Source: Promethearchaeati archaeon SRVP18_Atabeyarchaeia-1
Lineage (GTDB): Archaea; Asgardarchaeota; Atabeyarchaeia; Atabeyarchaeales; Atabeyarchaeaceae
Assembly (NCBI GenBank): GCA_037308085.1
Contig: CP147779.1
Coordinates: forward strand, 1,696,001 to 1,760,000
Reading direction: 5' to 3'
Length of the DNA: 64,000 bases
Below the pieces are notes generated by a model. It was not told the DNA's origin, did no database searches, and saw only the letters and a list, made by a program, of their open reading frames with translations. The number at the start of each line of letters is the position of its first letter. Positions within the stretch are counted from its first letter, which is position 1. Made by a program: the position numbers and the translations under genes. Positions 18,858-28,524 of the stretch are shown in pieces.

Positions 18858-19478
18858 CTACTCAACCTCCACTTTTCTGAACTTCTTCTCCTTCTCTCTC
18901 ATCTCACTCAGCTTCTTCTCGATCCTGTCAAGCTCGACCTTCAACTGTTCTCTATAGAACTCGAGTTCACGTATGCTCTCGTCAATCGGAAGCATTTGCA
19001 TGGCGAATCTCAGCGCGTGGGACGCACCATCAAGCGCCTTCTCCACCGCGCCCTGAATCCTCTTGAAAGCGAGGTCATCGAAGCTCTGCCAGACTGACTG
19101 ATCTACGACTCCCATGAATCGGCTGATGAACTTCTCTTCGTGGTCCATCTTTTCAATGATGTTCTTGAGGGCCTCCGCGCCCTTTTCCGTCAAGATGTAG
19201 ACTTTCTTAGGAGGATAATCGGCTTCCCCCTTGTTCTCAGGTCCCGTTCCTTTGGGTTCCTTCAATCTGATGAGGTCCCTCTCCTCAAGCCTCGTGAGTG
19301 CGGGGTATACAGTCCCAGCCTTGGGAGACCATAGCCCAGAGAACTTCTCTGCAAGTCTCTGCATAATATCATACCCGTGCGTTGGCTCTTCCTTGAGCAG
19401 AATTAATATCAGGAACTCGACTGGACTGATCCTTTCGCTCCATACACCCCTGCCGAATCCTCTACCCGACCAGAACAT
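18858..19478 (-). CDS. PadR-family transcriptional regulator
   Basis: ILILLKEEPTHGYDIM, GTVYPALTRLEE, KKVYILTEKG. Confidence 0.9.
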   Translation of the reverse strand: MFWSGRGFGRGVWSERISPVEFLILILLKEEPTHGYDIMQRLAEKFSGLWSPKAGTVYPALTRLEERDLIRLKEPKGTGPENKGEADYPPKKVYILTEKGAEALKNIIEKMDHEEKFISRFMGVVDQSVWQSFDDLAFKRIQGAVEKALDGASHALRFAMQMLPIDESIRELEFYREQLKVELDRIEKKLSEMREKEKKFRKVEVE

Positions 19479-19700
19479 TTCAATCGACTCTCTTCGTTAA
19501 ATCTTGATCTTGAACATAGCTAGAGTAGAATAATACTATTCAGCTCTACATGGAGCACTATGCATCTCTATATATAAACGTGTCGATATTTCATTCTTCC
19601 CCTCAAAACGGGTGATTTTACCTCACTTGAACTTTGAATGTAGGAAAAGCAGGGTTAGCTTCGTCTGAGATAGAGTGTCACAGTTCGTTGCAGACTGGCA

Positions 19701-20585
19701 TCATTTCCTTTTCTCGATGTAGTTGAATACTCCTGGTGCAATGAACGCTGCCCCGAAAGTCACTATGGCATACCGGACGAACTTCATGAACACGTTTGCA
19801 CTTGGCAGAATCGGCGAAAGACCAACATACAACACCCCGACTACCACCCCACCAGTCAGAAGCCTCATAATCCGCTTCTTGTTGTCCAACTTCTCTGTCT
19901 TGAAATCTATGTACTTTGACTCAAACGCTAGGCCTACGGAGAAGCCGAACAAGGCTCCACAGACTGTCGCCGGGTCATCTCTGGTTGTGTCTGGGAAGAT
20001 CACGAGGGAAGACGCAAAGAGAACTAGTGCGATCACTGGTACGATAACTTGTCTGGTCGTGGTAGAATGTCTTCCAAGGAACGAGGCAATTTGGGGATAC
20101 GCCAAGTACGCGATGAGAGTGTATACGAGACCAATGAGGGTTCCACCGATCACATCTCCAGGGTAGTGGACTCCGAGGTAGATCCTTGAGAAGCTCACCA
20201 TGAATATCATGAATGGAGAAATGATGAGCAGCGCTTTCAGCTTTGTTTTGAGGAGCGCCCATGTCCAGAATGTCGTTGCGCTTTGTGCATGCCCACTTGG
20301 GAAACCGTGCGAGATGTCACCTTTACCGATGATTCTGTAGGCGTCTGGCGGTCGATCCCTGTTTAGAAGCATCTTGAAAAAGTAGTTGATATAGAAGCCG
20401 AACAGCATGACATATGCTACAGCAATTCCGCCTTTCTTGTGGAAGCACCAGTATATCGCTGCGATGAGCACTATGTAGAAGATGTCTTCCCCAAGCAAGG
20501 TGAAGAAGATGAACAGCCAGGCTATGGTGGTTCCAAGCGCTGACTGGACAGCGGATATCAACTCGGTGTCAAACAGCCAACTCAA
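19701..20585 (-). CDS. PAP2-family membrane phosphatase
   Basis: K...RP, FPSGHAQ, SRIYLGVHYPGDV. Confidence 0.92.
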   Translation of the reverse strand: MSWLFDTELISAVQSALGTTIAWLFIFFTLLGEDIFYIVLIAAIYWCFHKKGGIAVAYVMLFGFYINYFFKMLLNRDRPPDAYRIIGKGDISHGFPSGHAQSATTFWTWALLKTKLKALLIISPFMIFMVSFSRIYLGVHYPGDVIGGTLIGLVYTLIAYLAYPQIASFLGRHSTTTRQVIVPVIALVLFASSLVIFPDTTRDDPATVCGALFGFSVGLAFESKYIDFKTEKLDNKKRIMRLLTGGVVVGVLYVGLSPILPSANVFMKFVRYAIVTFGAAFIAPGVFNYIEKRK

Positions 20586-20687
20586 ACTGCAGCACCACGA
20601 ATCGATCTTGTGACAAGATCATGATGTTTGTCGCATTTATACCTTGACCTAAGAGACTCAAGATTCATTGCATTCGACGTGACGTCT

Positions 20688-21791
20688 CTAGTGAACTCGC
20701 ATGTTCTGAACCTTCATCCAAGCACCTTTTCCAGTCTTCTCGGGAACATCTTCCTTCACTCTGACCAGACTGATTGCTTTGTTTGGGCACGCGCTTGCGC
20801 ACACGCCGCATCCTATGCACAGCTCCTTGTTGAACACGAGTCTCTCGTCGGATCTGTCACTCTTGTGTGGGAAGTGGAAGGTTAGTGCCTTGAAGGGGCA
20901 AGCTCTCACGCAGGTCCTGCACTTTTTGCAGGACTCACTGTTAATCTCTGGCTGGTAGTTTGACCTTGCGAATGCCCGAGGGTTCCTTAGCTCTGACAAC
21001 CCCCGCAAAATCCCGCAGCAGCACGTGCAACAGTTGCAGATGAAGGTAACGTCCCCCTGACTGTTGTTAGTTGTGTGGACAAGTCCATTCTTTTCCGTTA
21101 ATGCGAGTATTCTACCGGCTTCGCCCTTGTCTATGTGTCTCCCAATTCCTGATTCAACAGTCCAATCCGCGAACTTGTCAAATGTCAGACATACCTCAAT
21201 CGGTCGATCACATTTCTTCACGTGGGTTCTGCAGGCACAGTTCATGACGGCCAGGGAACTTGCCTTGTTTATGTACTCGCTCACGCGCTCATAGGGCAAA
21301 ACTTCAATCTGCGGTGAGAAACTCTTCTCTATTGGGATGACTCGCGCCCAAGGATAATCTGACGCTCCAATTTCGTGCCCCCATCCGTCGGAGTATAGAT
21401 GTTCAAACCACTTGCCGGCCTCGGCTTTATCGCTCTCAGGTACTCTTGGGTCAGCAAAGTAGGCTTCAAAGACACCCGGAACCATAGGCAGCAGAGCGTA
21501 GTACTCCGTACCAGTTGTCCTGCTCCTACTCTTGTAGATCATACCCCGCCTAAGCAGACTCTCGAAGACTTCCTTAACTTTCCTCTCGGGGATTCCCGTG
21601 GCTTTCGAGAAGTCGCTTGCAGTTCTTGAATCCATGTAGGGAATATTGAAATTTGAGAGGATCTTCGCTTCATCTTCAGTGAATAACCTTCTCAGGAACT
21701 TCATTAGGTCCTCGCTCCTAGGAGAACCGATAGGGAAGTTATCCATCTTCTGCCGAAGCAACTCGTAGGAATCACTCTTTGTTTTGCTCAC
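20688..21791 (-). CDS. Polyferredoxin-like 4Fe-4S binding protein with N-terminal wHTH
   Basis: CACR...C...C, ICNCCTCCC, CKKCRTCVRACP, CIGCGVCASACP. Confidence 0.88.
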   Translation of the reverse strand: MSKTKSDSYELLRQKMDNFPIGSPRSEDLMKFLRRLFTEDEAKILSNFNIPYMDSRTASDFSKATGIPERKVKEVFESLLRRGMIYKSRSRTTGTEYYALLPMVPGVFEAYFADPRVPESDKAEAGKWFEHLYSDGWGHEIGASDYPWARVIPIEKSFSPQIEVLPYERVSEYINKASSLAVMNCACRTHVKKCDRPIEVCLTFDKFADWTVESGIGRHIDKGEAGRILALTEKNGLVHTTNNSQGDVTFICNCCTCCCGILRGLSELRNPRAFARSNYQPEINSESCKKCRTCVRACPFKALTFHFPHKSDRSDERLVFNKELCIGCGVCASACPNKAISLVRVKEDVPEKTGKGAWMKVQNMRVH

Positions 21792-22068
21792 GAGTTATTC
21801 TCACCTCAAAATCCTTCAAAAGGATGCTTAACGCCAATCATAAGATCGTTAAGAGTTGCTCCTCGTCTGGTATTAAACTTTAGCCTAGTGCAGATTCTCA
21901 AGATAGACGAGAGAGCGTCGTGTCCGGTGCGAGAAACCCCGAGCAGGAAACAGTTCTGAAGGCTGAGCAGATAGGAAGAACCATGTACCTCAGGATCTCA
22001 TATGTGAAAGAAAACTCGAACTGGCCAAAATTCGTGGGTGATGACTTGACGCTCAACATTCGCTACAT

Positions 22069-22527
22069 TCAACGAGTAGTGCCGATGCTGGTTTCTTGGT
22101 ATTCGAGGATCGCGGAGATTCGGTTTATCATCTTGCTTCTTCCAGGCGTGTCAATACCTGACAAGAGCTCGCCTAAGCTCAGTGGGTCCTCGCTTATCAC
22201 GCGATCCATTTCTGCAAGAAGTGTCGGCATAGTCTTGCGGTAGTTATCCCAAGATTCGACGTCGGCAACAATGAGGAAACCTCTGTGGAAGCAAAGGGTC
22301 AGGGAATAACCTTCAAGCTCAACCCGTCCCTCATTCTCATTCCCAAGACTAACCGCCCGAACAAAATCCATTATGGGCTTCGGGGGTTGTCCCGCGGATA
22401 ATTCCATCCGCATCTTCTCGAACCAGCCCGAACGGATTGACGTGCTGCCAGCCCAATGAAAAATGCACCTATTGCTCGAGTCAAGCAAAGAGAATGCCCT
22501 GATCATCCTTGACACCCCTCTCTCCAA
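22069..22527 (-). CDS. Longin-like domain protein
   Basis: MIRAFSLLDSSNRCIFHW start with beta-beta-alpha-beta-beta-beta-alpha pattern; downstream of the GTPase-like gene. Confidence 0.5.
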   Translation of the reverse strand: MERGVSRMIRAFSLLDSSNRCIFHWAGSTSIRSGWFEKMRMELSAGQPPKPIMDFVRAVSLGNENEGRVELEGYSLTLCFHRGFLIVADVESWDNYRKTMPTLLAEMDRVISEDPLSLGELLSGIDTPGRSKMINRISAILEYQETSIGTTR

Positions 22528-22617
22528 TTAGACGAGTCCGACATGCCGACTTCTCTCTACTGAACTAACGTTGACGAACCCCGGAGGGGTCCCAACCGTC
22601 TACCTCCCAGACAACGG

Positions 22618-23160
22618 CTATGAAGCTGGCACGGCCATTTCCCGGCCACTAAGCGTAAAGCTGACGACCTTCGAGGCGATTTCTCCCAGCCCCATAGGCG
22701 CCAGTGAGCCCATTAGATCCTCCCCAGTGTTCTCTCCGACTACAAGCATGACTGGAATAGAGAACACCTTGCATATTTCTCGGAGTAGTTCCTTCGTCGC
22801 CTGGATTGTCTCCCGATCGGTCAGCTCGAGGAGCACAATGGCTGCTGCGGCCCCCTGCAGAAAGGAGAACTCGAAGCCAAGGTTCTTTCCTCCAGTCTTC
22901 TTCAGAAACCAGAACACCACGCGCCCATCTTTCAGATCCACAACCCTGGTTCCAAGAACCTGCCCAGCACTCTTGCAGAGATCACCGACCTCATCTCCCG
23001 GGTATGCGCTACCAACCTCAAAGTTCTTGAATCGCGATCCAGTTCTCCCCTTCACCTGTATCACAACCACTTTGCGCAATTCTCTTAGCGAAGGCTTGTC
23101 AGACTTCAGGGGAAAATGACTATCCAACACTCTATCAGAGACCGTTATCATCACCTTCAC
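22618..23160 (-). CDS. Rab/Ras-like small GTPase fold with degenerate nucleotide-binding motifs
   Basis: FLQGAAAAIVLLELTDRETI...KELLREI...IPVMLVVGEN matches the Rab core, but no GxxxxGK[ST], DxxG or NKxD. Confidence 0.6.
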   Translation of the reverse strand: MKVMITVSDRVLDSHFPLKSDKPSLRELRKVVVIQVKGRTGSRFKNFEVGSAYPGDEVGDLCKSAGQVLGTRVVDLKDGRVVFWFLKKTGGKNLGFEFSFLQGAAAAIVLLELTDRETIQATKELLREICKVFSIPVMLVVGENTGEDLMGSLAPMGLGEIASKVVSFTLSGREMAVPAS

Positions 23161-23365
23161 CTGCCAATGTTTCTCGGCACAGCTACCTCTAACTAACTAT
23201 ATGCCCGAACGCTTTAAATACAGCCAAAATTGAAGGCAGAAGTAGGCATGGTAGAACGCAGGATCAGCGAAATAGCCACAATAGGTCTCAACTCTGGAAA
23301 TAAGGAAGAAATTGGGCATGTTAGCCTGTGAAGAGCGCCAGACGCCGCCATTTCAGGCAAGTAGG

Positions 23366-23411
23366 TGAACCATTTTAAAGCGCTGGTCTCGAAATCGTTT
23401 AAATTGGTTCA
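23366..23411. promoter_or_regulatory. Inverted-repeat operator/promoter: TGAACCATTTTAAA-N18-TTTAAATTGGTTCA
   Basis: 14-bp arms with one mismatch; the same motif recurs at 25313-25326. Confidence 0.7.
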
Positions 23412-23466
23412 GACACGCGAGGCGATCTGTCTGGAAAAGTCTTAAGAAGGTGAACAAGCAGAGAAG

Positions 23467-23628
23467 ATGCTAGGGAAAACCGGAGGGCAAAGAGGATTGA
23501 ACGCAGGAGAGTTCTTCGTAGAATACAATAGGTTATTGATCTTGGCAGCCGCCCTTACGATAATGCTAATGGCAGCATTGCTCGGTGCACCAGCAGCTGC
23601 AACACCCTTCACTGGTTCGCCAGCCTAG
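23467..23628 (+). CDS. Small secreted or membrane peptide absent from the ORF track (53 aa from ATG 23467; 43 aa from TTG 23497)
   Basis: (MLGKTGGQRG)LNAGEFFVEYNRLLILAAALTIMLMAALLGAPAAATPFTGSPA*; GGAGG/GAGGA before the TTG; downstream hairpins and T-tract. Confidence 0.7.
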   Translation: MLGKTGGQRGLNAGEFFVEYNRLLILAAALTIMLMAALLGAPAAATPFTGSPA

Positions 23629-23671
23629 CAGATTCTCAGATAAACCAAACAAAGCTACCTAAGCAGAATCG

Positions 23672-23728
23672 TAGACGGCCGTCTATTGAGGTTAGGCGCG
23701 CGCTAACCTCCTCCCCTTTTTTTCTTTT
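23672..23728 (+). terminator. Palindrome, hairpin and T-tract after the peptide ORF
   Basis: TAGACGGCCGTCTA (23672-23685), GAGGTTAG...CTAACCTC (23688-23710), TTTTTTTCTTTT. Confidence 0.6.
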
Positions 23729-23754
23729 GCTGGAATTCTCTAAGCTCTTCTTCT

Positions 23755-25251
23755 TCATTGCAGCAACTCATAACGCCTGACAAAATCAAGCTCATCAACA
23801 GAGCAAACCCACTTCTGCTCCACCTCATTCCAGTGGTCGTATAAGGGAGTCAGGGTCTTCCCTCCACTATTCTCAAACCTGTTGGAATAGGTTACGATAT
23901 TAATCTCATTTATTCCTTTCATCATGTAGTTGATCTTCGCCGAATCCTCCAGACTTGACTTAATGAAAATGAGCACACCCTTATCCGTTCTGTAGAGGAA
24001 GTAGAACGGTAAGTAGTTCACAGCATAGTATAGCTCCTCTACCTTGTCGTCGGGACATTCAATAAGGTAGGCGCTCATGTTACTAAGGCCTAATCCCCAG
24101 TAGCTTGCATAGGGGTAGATCATTGGTTGGCCCTCCGGACTTCCATTGCCGTCAATTGACCGCTGCGCGGAGATCAGTCTGTCAATCCTTCTGGTTATCG
24201 TAGGTCTTGATGATTCGTAACCGAACTGCTCTAGCTGCTTTCTGATATCATTATGCGTGGCAAATGGGTTGCTCATAAGAATCGTAGCGATCAAAAAGTC
24301 CATTCTATCAAATCTCTCATGGCTGTCAGAGTAGCGCAGTTCTGTGGCTTTCCTTAGAAGCTCCTTGTTTTCTCTGACAAATTCGAAGAATCCGTACGCC
24401 CACAAGTGAGGGTCGAAGAACCAGCGCTTACCATCGAAGAATTCCAGGTTTGATCCAGTTGAGAAAGACTTGAGTTCGCATATGTTTATGTCCTTGAATA
24501 CTTCGCCTCTGAGATCCATTAAGGTTTGTCTGAATTGACTGAGCTCTTTTCTCTGATTGGGTACGGCAAAGCTTGCCCAACTGCTTCCCTCGTATATGTC
24601 CAGATTCAGATTCAGAGTAAATGGGACGTTGTCAAAGAGCAGCTTTTTCGGATAGTCACTTTTTCCTCTATACTCTCTGAGAAGTGTGAAGAAGGTGATG
24701 TAGTGCCTTAATCTGAATGCCGGGTAATTGAGGTATCCGTAAAACCGTATGAGATCTGACCTTCTCAAAGCATGATAAGCCTGATAGACTGCTTGCGGCG
24801 TCACCCCAAGTTGCTTCGCGATCTCGGCAAATTGCATATTCGGGTACTTCATGAAAGCGTCTAGGTACGTTTTTCGAACTGGGTGGGTCCTCTTTTCTTC
24901 CTCGTAGAGGCAAGATACCAGTGTCCTTCTTACGACCTCAGGGTTAGTTATTCTGTACTTGCGCACGCTGTGCAATCTCGTAACCAGAGCCTCTCTTAGG
25001 TTCCTGCTTGTTGGAGTATTGAATGGATCAAAGTAAGACATTGCCAGCCTTTGCATTATCTGCGGGTTTATCATTATATGTTCTTTCTTGAGGTGGGCGT
25101 TGTCACATCTGGCAAGGTAGATTCTGATTAAGGCGAAGAGAACTTGAAGCTCCTTGTTCTCAACCTCTGGGAAAAGACTGTCGTATAGGTTTAGCTGCTG
25201 CGCTACGTTTTGCAGAAGGATCGAGTCCTCTCGCTGCTCTTCTCTCCCCAT
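23755..25251 (-). CDS. Large transcriptional regulator with two tandem Lrp/AsnC-like (wHTH plus effector domain) units
   Basis: HTH1 PNMQFAEIAKQLGVTPQAVYQAYHAL...LNYPAFRL; HTH2 FDRMDFLIATIL...SRPTITRRIDRL...YWGLGL; each unit ends in a W-containing motif. Confidence 0.75.
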   Translation of the reverse strand: MGREEQREDSILLQNVAQQLNLYDSLFPEVENKELQVLFALIRIYLARCDNAHLKKEHIMINPQIMQRLAMSYFDPFNTPTSRNLREALVTRLHSVRKYRITNPEVVRRTLVSCLYEEEKRTHPVRKTYLDAFMKYPNMQFAEIAKQLGVTPQAVYQAYHALRRSDLIRFYGYLNYPAFRLRHYITFFTLLREYRGKSDYPKKLLFDNVPFTLNLNLDIYEGSSWASFAVPNQRKELSQFRQTLMDLRGEVFKDINICELKSFSTGSNLEFFDGKRWFFDPHLWAYGFFEFVRENKELLRKATELRYSDSHERFDRMDFLIATILMSNPFATHNDIRKQLEQFGYESSRPTITRRIDRLISAQRSIDGNGSPEGQPMIYPYASYWGLGLSNMSAYLIECPDDKVEELYYAVNYLPFYFLYRTDKGVLIFIKSSLEDSAKINYMMKGINEINIVTYSNRFENSGGKTLTPLYDHWNEVEQKWVCSVDELDFVRRYELLQ

Positions 25252-25311
25252 TCAGCTGCCCCATACCCTGTGTCTCGATGAGCAATTTCCATAAGAGATG
25301 GAGTTATCTTC

Positions 25312-25326
25312 GTGAACCAATTTAAA
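25312..25326. promoter_or_regulatory. Third copy of GTGAACCAWTTTAAA, upstream of the regulator gene
   Basis: TGAACCAATTTAAA (25313-25326) is the exact reverse complement of 23398-23411. Confidence 0.65.
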
Positions 25327-25432
25327 TCGATTCCCATCAAATTCTTTTGATAATAACTCAAATTTCATTCTCCTTCAGCGAAATCTCAAGGAGGCAGTCT
25401 TCTGTTCACAAGGAAAGAAGCGTTTTTTGATG

Positions 25433-26530
25433 TCACGGCGAACCGATCATGTGTTGCTTCCAGAAATACCACGGAATTCCTTGAGGCGGGAGCGAGAATC
25501 CGTGCTCCAGCGGGAGGCACATGAAAGTTGTTGGAATCAGCCTGAAGAATCCAGAGGGTTTGAGCGATTTATTCATGTCCTTGTCGTGTTGGCTTAGGGG
25601 GGCCATCTGGAGTGCGCAGCCGCGCTCCTCGCCATCCTGAGCCAATCTCTTGATTAAACACTGCAAGTACCCCTCCCTTTCTGGGCTCTTTAGACTTGGC
25701 GAAGCGAAAATATCGCTGATTACCCATGAATTGAAGACTCTCCCGAAAAACCTCATTTTGTAGATGGATGCATTTGCTCCGCACAGAATCTTGCCAGATT
25801 CCTCGATGAATCGTGCGAGTGGCGAAATAGTTTTCGGCGCCCTGCAGATCATCCAGGCGAGTCGTTCCTTTGAATAGGGATAGAAGAGTGGCATTCCCTG
25901 TAGCGAGCCATTCAGCGCCTCAAGATAAGAGTCAAATTGGCGATCGTTTGCGCACTCGAGCCGTTCTATTCTTGCTTCTCTCTTTAGTCCCCTACATCTT
26001 ATTGAGTTCAGGCCAGAGAACAGCGTGGCTAGCGGGCTGGCAAGATTCACAGGGAACGGTAGCTTCCTAGCTAGGTAACCGACGCTAGCCGTCTTGCCGT
26101 TATAGTAGAAGTACTTGGCATCCCTGAAGCCAAGCCGCCTGTAAATGCCAGCGGCTTCACCCGAAGGGTTAGCGTACAGAAACAGGGCAGAACAGCCAGC
26201 CTTCTTTGACTCCTCAATGGCCATCCTCATGAGCCTTGTGGCAATTCCCTTTCCCCTCCACTTGTGAGAGGTATCCACATCATCGACGATCCCCACGAGG
26301 CGCTTCCTGTCATTGATCAAGGCAGGATGCTTGCAGACTACTAGGGATCCGACAATCTCATGGAGATCTTCGTCCTCCCCCACCAGTATTCCTGAGGGGT
26401 CAAAGTCTGGCATCTGGAGATACATCCACTTCCACTCTTCGACCGTCCGATACGACTGGAAGCACTCGTTGTAAAGCCTGACGACGCCCGTTGCATCTTC
26501 ATGCTTGAAGCTTCTGAAAGTCAGCGTCAT
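25433..26530 (-). CDS. GNAT N-acetyltransferase (tandem GNAT fold)
   Basis: VDTSHKWRGKGIATRLM motif A; IYRRLGF. Confidence 0.85.
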   Translation of the reverse strand: MTLTFRSFKHEDATGVVRLYNECFQSYRTVEEWKWMYLQMPDFDPSGILVGEDEDLHEIVGSLVVCKHPALINDRKRLVGIVDDVDTSHKWRGKGIATRLMRMAIEESKKAGCSALFLYANPSGEAAGIYRRLGFRDAKYFYYNGKTASVGYLARKLPFPVNLASPLATLFSGLNSIRCRGLKREARIERLECANDRQFDSYLEALNGSLQGMPLFYPYSKERLAWMICRAPKTISPLARFIEESGKILCGANASIYKMRFFGRVFNSWVISDIFASPSLKSPEREGYLQCLIKRLAQDGEERGCALQMAPLSQHDKDMNKSLKPSGFFRLIPTTFMCLPLEHGFSLPPQGIPWYFWKQHMIGSP

Positions 26531-26697
26531 ATCGTCAGACCTCGAATCGCCAGAAGACTACTCCGAGAACATCTACTCAGCAGGAGTGATTCTTAAATGA
26601 TTTGGGGTCGCTACCAACAACTTGTTCAGAGCTCCTGATGCACTAGTCTTTTATATTTGAAGGCTTTAACCGTATGCTTTGAAGGTGATTTCAGTCC

Positions 26698-27024
26698 ATG
26701 CCTACAATCGCTGATTCGATCAAAACGATGGCAACGAAGTTCAAGCCAGACCAAGCCAAGGGCTGGGACAGAACCCTCCAGATCCAAGTTACTGGAACAG
26801 GAGGAGGAACCTGGCACTTCATAATAAAGAACCAGAAATGCGAGGTCAAGGACGGCGAGTTTCCAAGCGCAAACATAAAGGTCACAACAGATGCAGCCAC
26901 TTGGAACGCAATGTCTGCTGGAAAACTTAGCGGGACGAGCGCGTTCATGTCGGGGAAGCTGAAGGTTCAAGGACCGATGGCTGACCTGATCAAGACTGGC
27001 AAGGCCTTCCCGGGTATGTTCTAG
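26698..27024 (+). CDS. SCP2 sterol/lipid-binding domain protein
   Basis: GTGGGTWH...AFMSGKLKVQG. Confidence 0.9.
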   Translation: MPTIADSIKTMATKFKPDQAKGWDRTLQIQVTGTGGGTWHFIIKNQKCEVKDGEFPSANIKVTTDAATWNAMSAGKLSGTSAFMSGKLKVQGPMADLIKTGKAFPGMF

Positions 27025-27273
27025 TCTAAACGATGTCGGCTGTCTGGGCTCACGGCGATCCGCAGGATCTTTTTTGCCTACCCTCGCTGCATTCCCTCTT
27101 TTTTGATTCAATTCATTCGCAGAATCAGAACTAACTGCAAGGCCTCAACTCGTGCAACGAGTGATAAGATTGTAGCCGTTCTTCTTTGGCCCATCCAGAA
27201 AAACTTATAACTCAAAAATCACATTCTCTCTTTTCACGAGGGGGATCGAGAAACGAAAAGTTGCTCCGGGTAT

Positions 27274-28524
27274 TTGGTACTTGCCGTCCTGGTTTTCGCG
27301 CTTTTCCTAGGTGGGTTGGCTACTGCAGGGGTACCTGGATCGGGAAACCTGAATTCATATAGGCAGCTAAGAGAGGAAGCCAAGATGCCGTTATCACTTG
27401 GTGGCTCTCAGCCTTCATTTGCCTATTCTCGTATAGCCACTTCGTTCACTGGTCTGGAAATCCCTGAGGTTTCCCATGCCCCGTCAAATGGTAGCCTAGT
27501 CGTTGTCGTTATAGACGCGCTAACCAATCTCGTTATCCCTGGAGCAAGAGTTGTCTCCTACTATGCACCTATCAACCAAACTCAACTTGATGGTTTGACG
27601 AATTCATCAGGACTCGTCTCATTTCTGAACATAGCTGTAGGCGTGTACTCTATAGGTGTCAATGCCAGTCTCCACTTCAATGAGATTAGTATTGTCGACG
27701 TTTATGCTGGGCAGACCTTCACGCTAAATTTCGCATTGACCTCAACAAGGGTTGGTGACTTGGATATTCGGGTCGTCGATTCAGACAGCGGGCAAAGCGT
27801 GGTTGGCGCAACCGTCTTTTCAATTCACCATCCGAACCACCAGCTAGCTCTCAATGGAGCAACAGACAGTTTGGGGTTCGCAATTTTCAAGCAGATATTG
27901 GTGGGTAACTATACGTTCGTGATAATCATCGGCGGTTACAGCGATACACAGGTAGAAGCTTACATATCGGCGAACTCGACGACCATCGAGGTTGTATATC
28001 TGACGAAGCAGCCCTTTTGGTTGCTGCCAGTCAACTTGGCCGTAATCATTGGCGTTAGCTCTGCGGTGATTCTTCTTTCAATCATGGTTATGAGGAGGAG
28101 AGCGGGGCGTCCGCGAAGTGTCGCAGTCGATCCAGACAGCATGCTACCTCAGCGGTACGGCGAGGTACCAAATACCGCAATCAACCTGCCGGTCGATCGG
28201 GAGAAGCGCGCTACTCGACCTACCTTAGGGGCCTGCCCGTATTGCGGTAGCAGTATCAGGATCGATGGCGCCTCGTTCTGCAAGAATTGTGGAGGACGCC
28301 TTACCGCGACGAACGTTGTTCTTAACAAAGGCCAACTGAAGCGGCCAGTTCCACAAGGACACTGCATGGTGTGTAGCCTGCCCCTGAAGCCAGGCGACAC
28401 CCTAGTCTGGTGCCCATACTGCGGAAATGCCAGTCATAAGACTCACATGCTGGAATGGTTGCACGTGAAAGACCATTGTCCAGTGTGCCATAGACAGCTG
28501 GATCCGGACGATCTGAAGCATTAG
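27274..28524 (+). CDS. Type I membrane protein: extracellular carboxypeptidase-regulatory-like repeats, TM helix, zinc ribbon, C-terminal RING-like domain
   Basis: Signal peptide; two VxD...GA.V...TxxxG repeats; TM followed by RRR; CPYC...CKNC; C-x2-C-x12-C-x2-C-x4-H-x2-H-x10-C-x2-C with LEWL. Confidence 0.8.
   Translation: MVLAVLVFALFLGGLATAGVPGSGNLNSYRQLREEAKMPLSLGGSQPSFAYSRIATSFTGLEIPEVSHAPSNGSLVVVVIDALTNLVIPGARVVSYYAPINQTQLDGLTNSSGLVSFLNIAVGVYSIGVNASLHFNEISIVDVYAGQTFTLNFALTSTRVGDLDIRVVDSDSGQSVVGATVFSIHHPNHQLALNGATDSLGFAIFKQILVGNYTFVIIIGGYSDTQVEAYISANSTTIEVVYLTKQPFWLLPVNLAVIIGVSSAVILLSIMVMRRRAGRPRSVAVDPDSMLPQRYGEVPNTAINLPVDREKRATRPTLGACPYCGSSIRIDGASFCKNCGGRLTATNVVLNKGQLKRPVPQGHCMVCSLPLKPGDTLVWCPYCGNASHKTHMLEWLHVKDHCPVCHRQLDPDDLKH

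Noticed and set aside
23467-23628. Peptide as a type IV pilin (QRG|LNAGE with Glu at +5)
   Set aside because: Charged and polar residues (EYNR) interrupt the segment that should be hydrophobic, and no pilus genes are nearby; kept only as a minor alternative.
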